This document shows, piece by piece, positions 63,901-64,000 of a DNA stretch of 64,000 bases; the stretch's first letter is position 1; each line of letters starts with the position of its first letter. This DNA comes from Tubiluchus corallicola (Eukaryota > Animalia > Priapulida), in NCBI GenBank assembly GCA_030141605.1, contig JAQGDQ010000023.1, forward strand, positions 186,001 through 250,000, read 5' to 3'. Made by a program: the position numbers and the translations under genes. The notes under the pieces are model-generated. The model saw nothing but the letters and a program-made list of their open reading frames with translations, was not told the origin of the DNA and searched no databases.

Positions 63901-64000
63901 GTTATAAACGAACTATCAACTAATTATACGAATTCGTAATACAGTGAGAATGCATCGGTCAATTCATATAACCTTGTGCATACATACGTTCCTTCTCTTG

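Overview
AT-rich animal (probably invertebrate) genomic DNA with spliceosomal introns. Four complete genes can be assembled by hand with consistent splice phases. (1) A giant polycystin-1-family gene, PKD1L1-like, on the + strand at 5791-37151: 20 exons, about 4198 aa, with signal peptide, WSC, a long run of PKD repeats, REJ, GAIN/GPS, PLAT and channel domains. It has one GC-AG intron and a mucin-like insert carrying a furin site inside REJ. (2) An intronless mitochondrial rescue factor MTRFR/C12orf65 on the - strand at 40734-41345. (3) XBP1 on the + strand at 47815-52439, with the 23-nt IRE1 intron, overlapping XBP1u/XBP1s frames, a conserved arrest peptide and an ERSE-like promoter. (4) A small two-exon gene on the + strand (55806-55996 and 60784-60901, 102 aa) carrying a Spo12-like SPTDNIFSPCT motif and a KEN box; this is the most unexpected item. 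The 5' end of a probably secreted CUB-like gene runs off the left edge on the - strand. Introns and intergenic DNA contain many decayed non-LTR retrotransposons and MITEs. All calls come from reading the sequence and from recalled family motifs; no database search was run.
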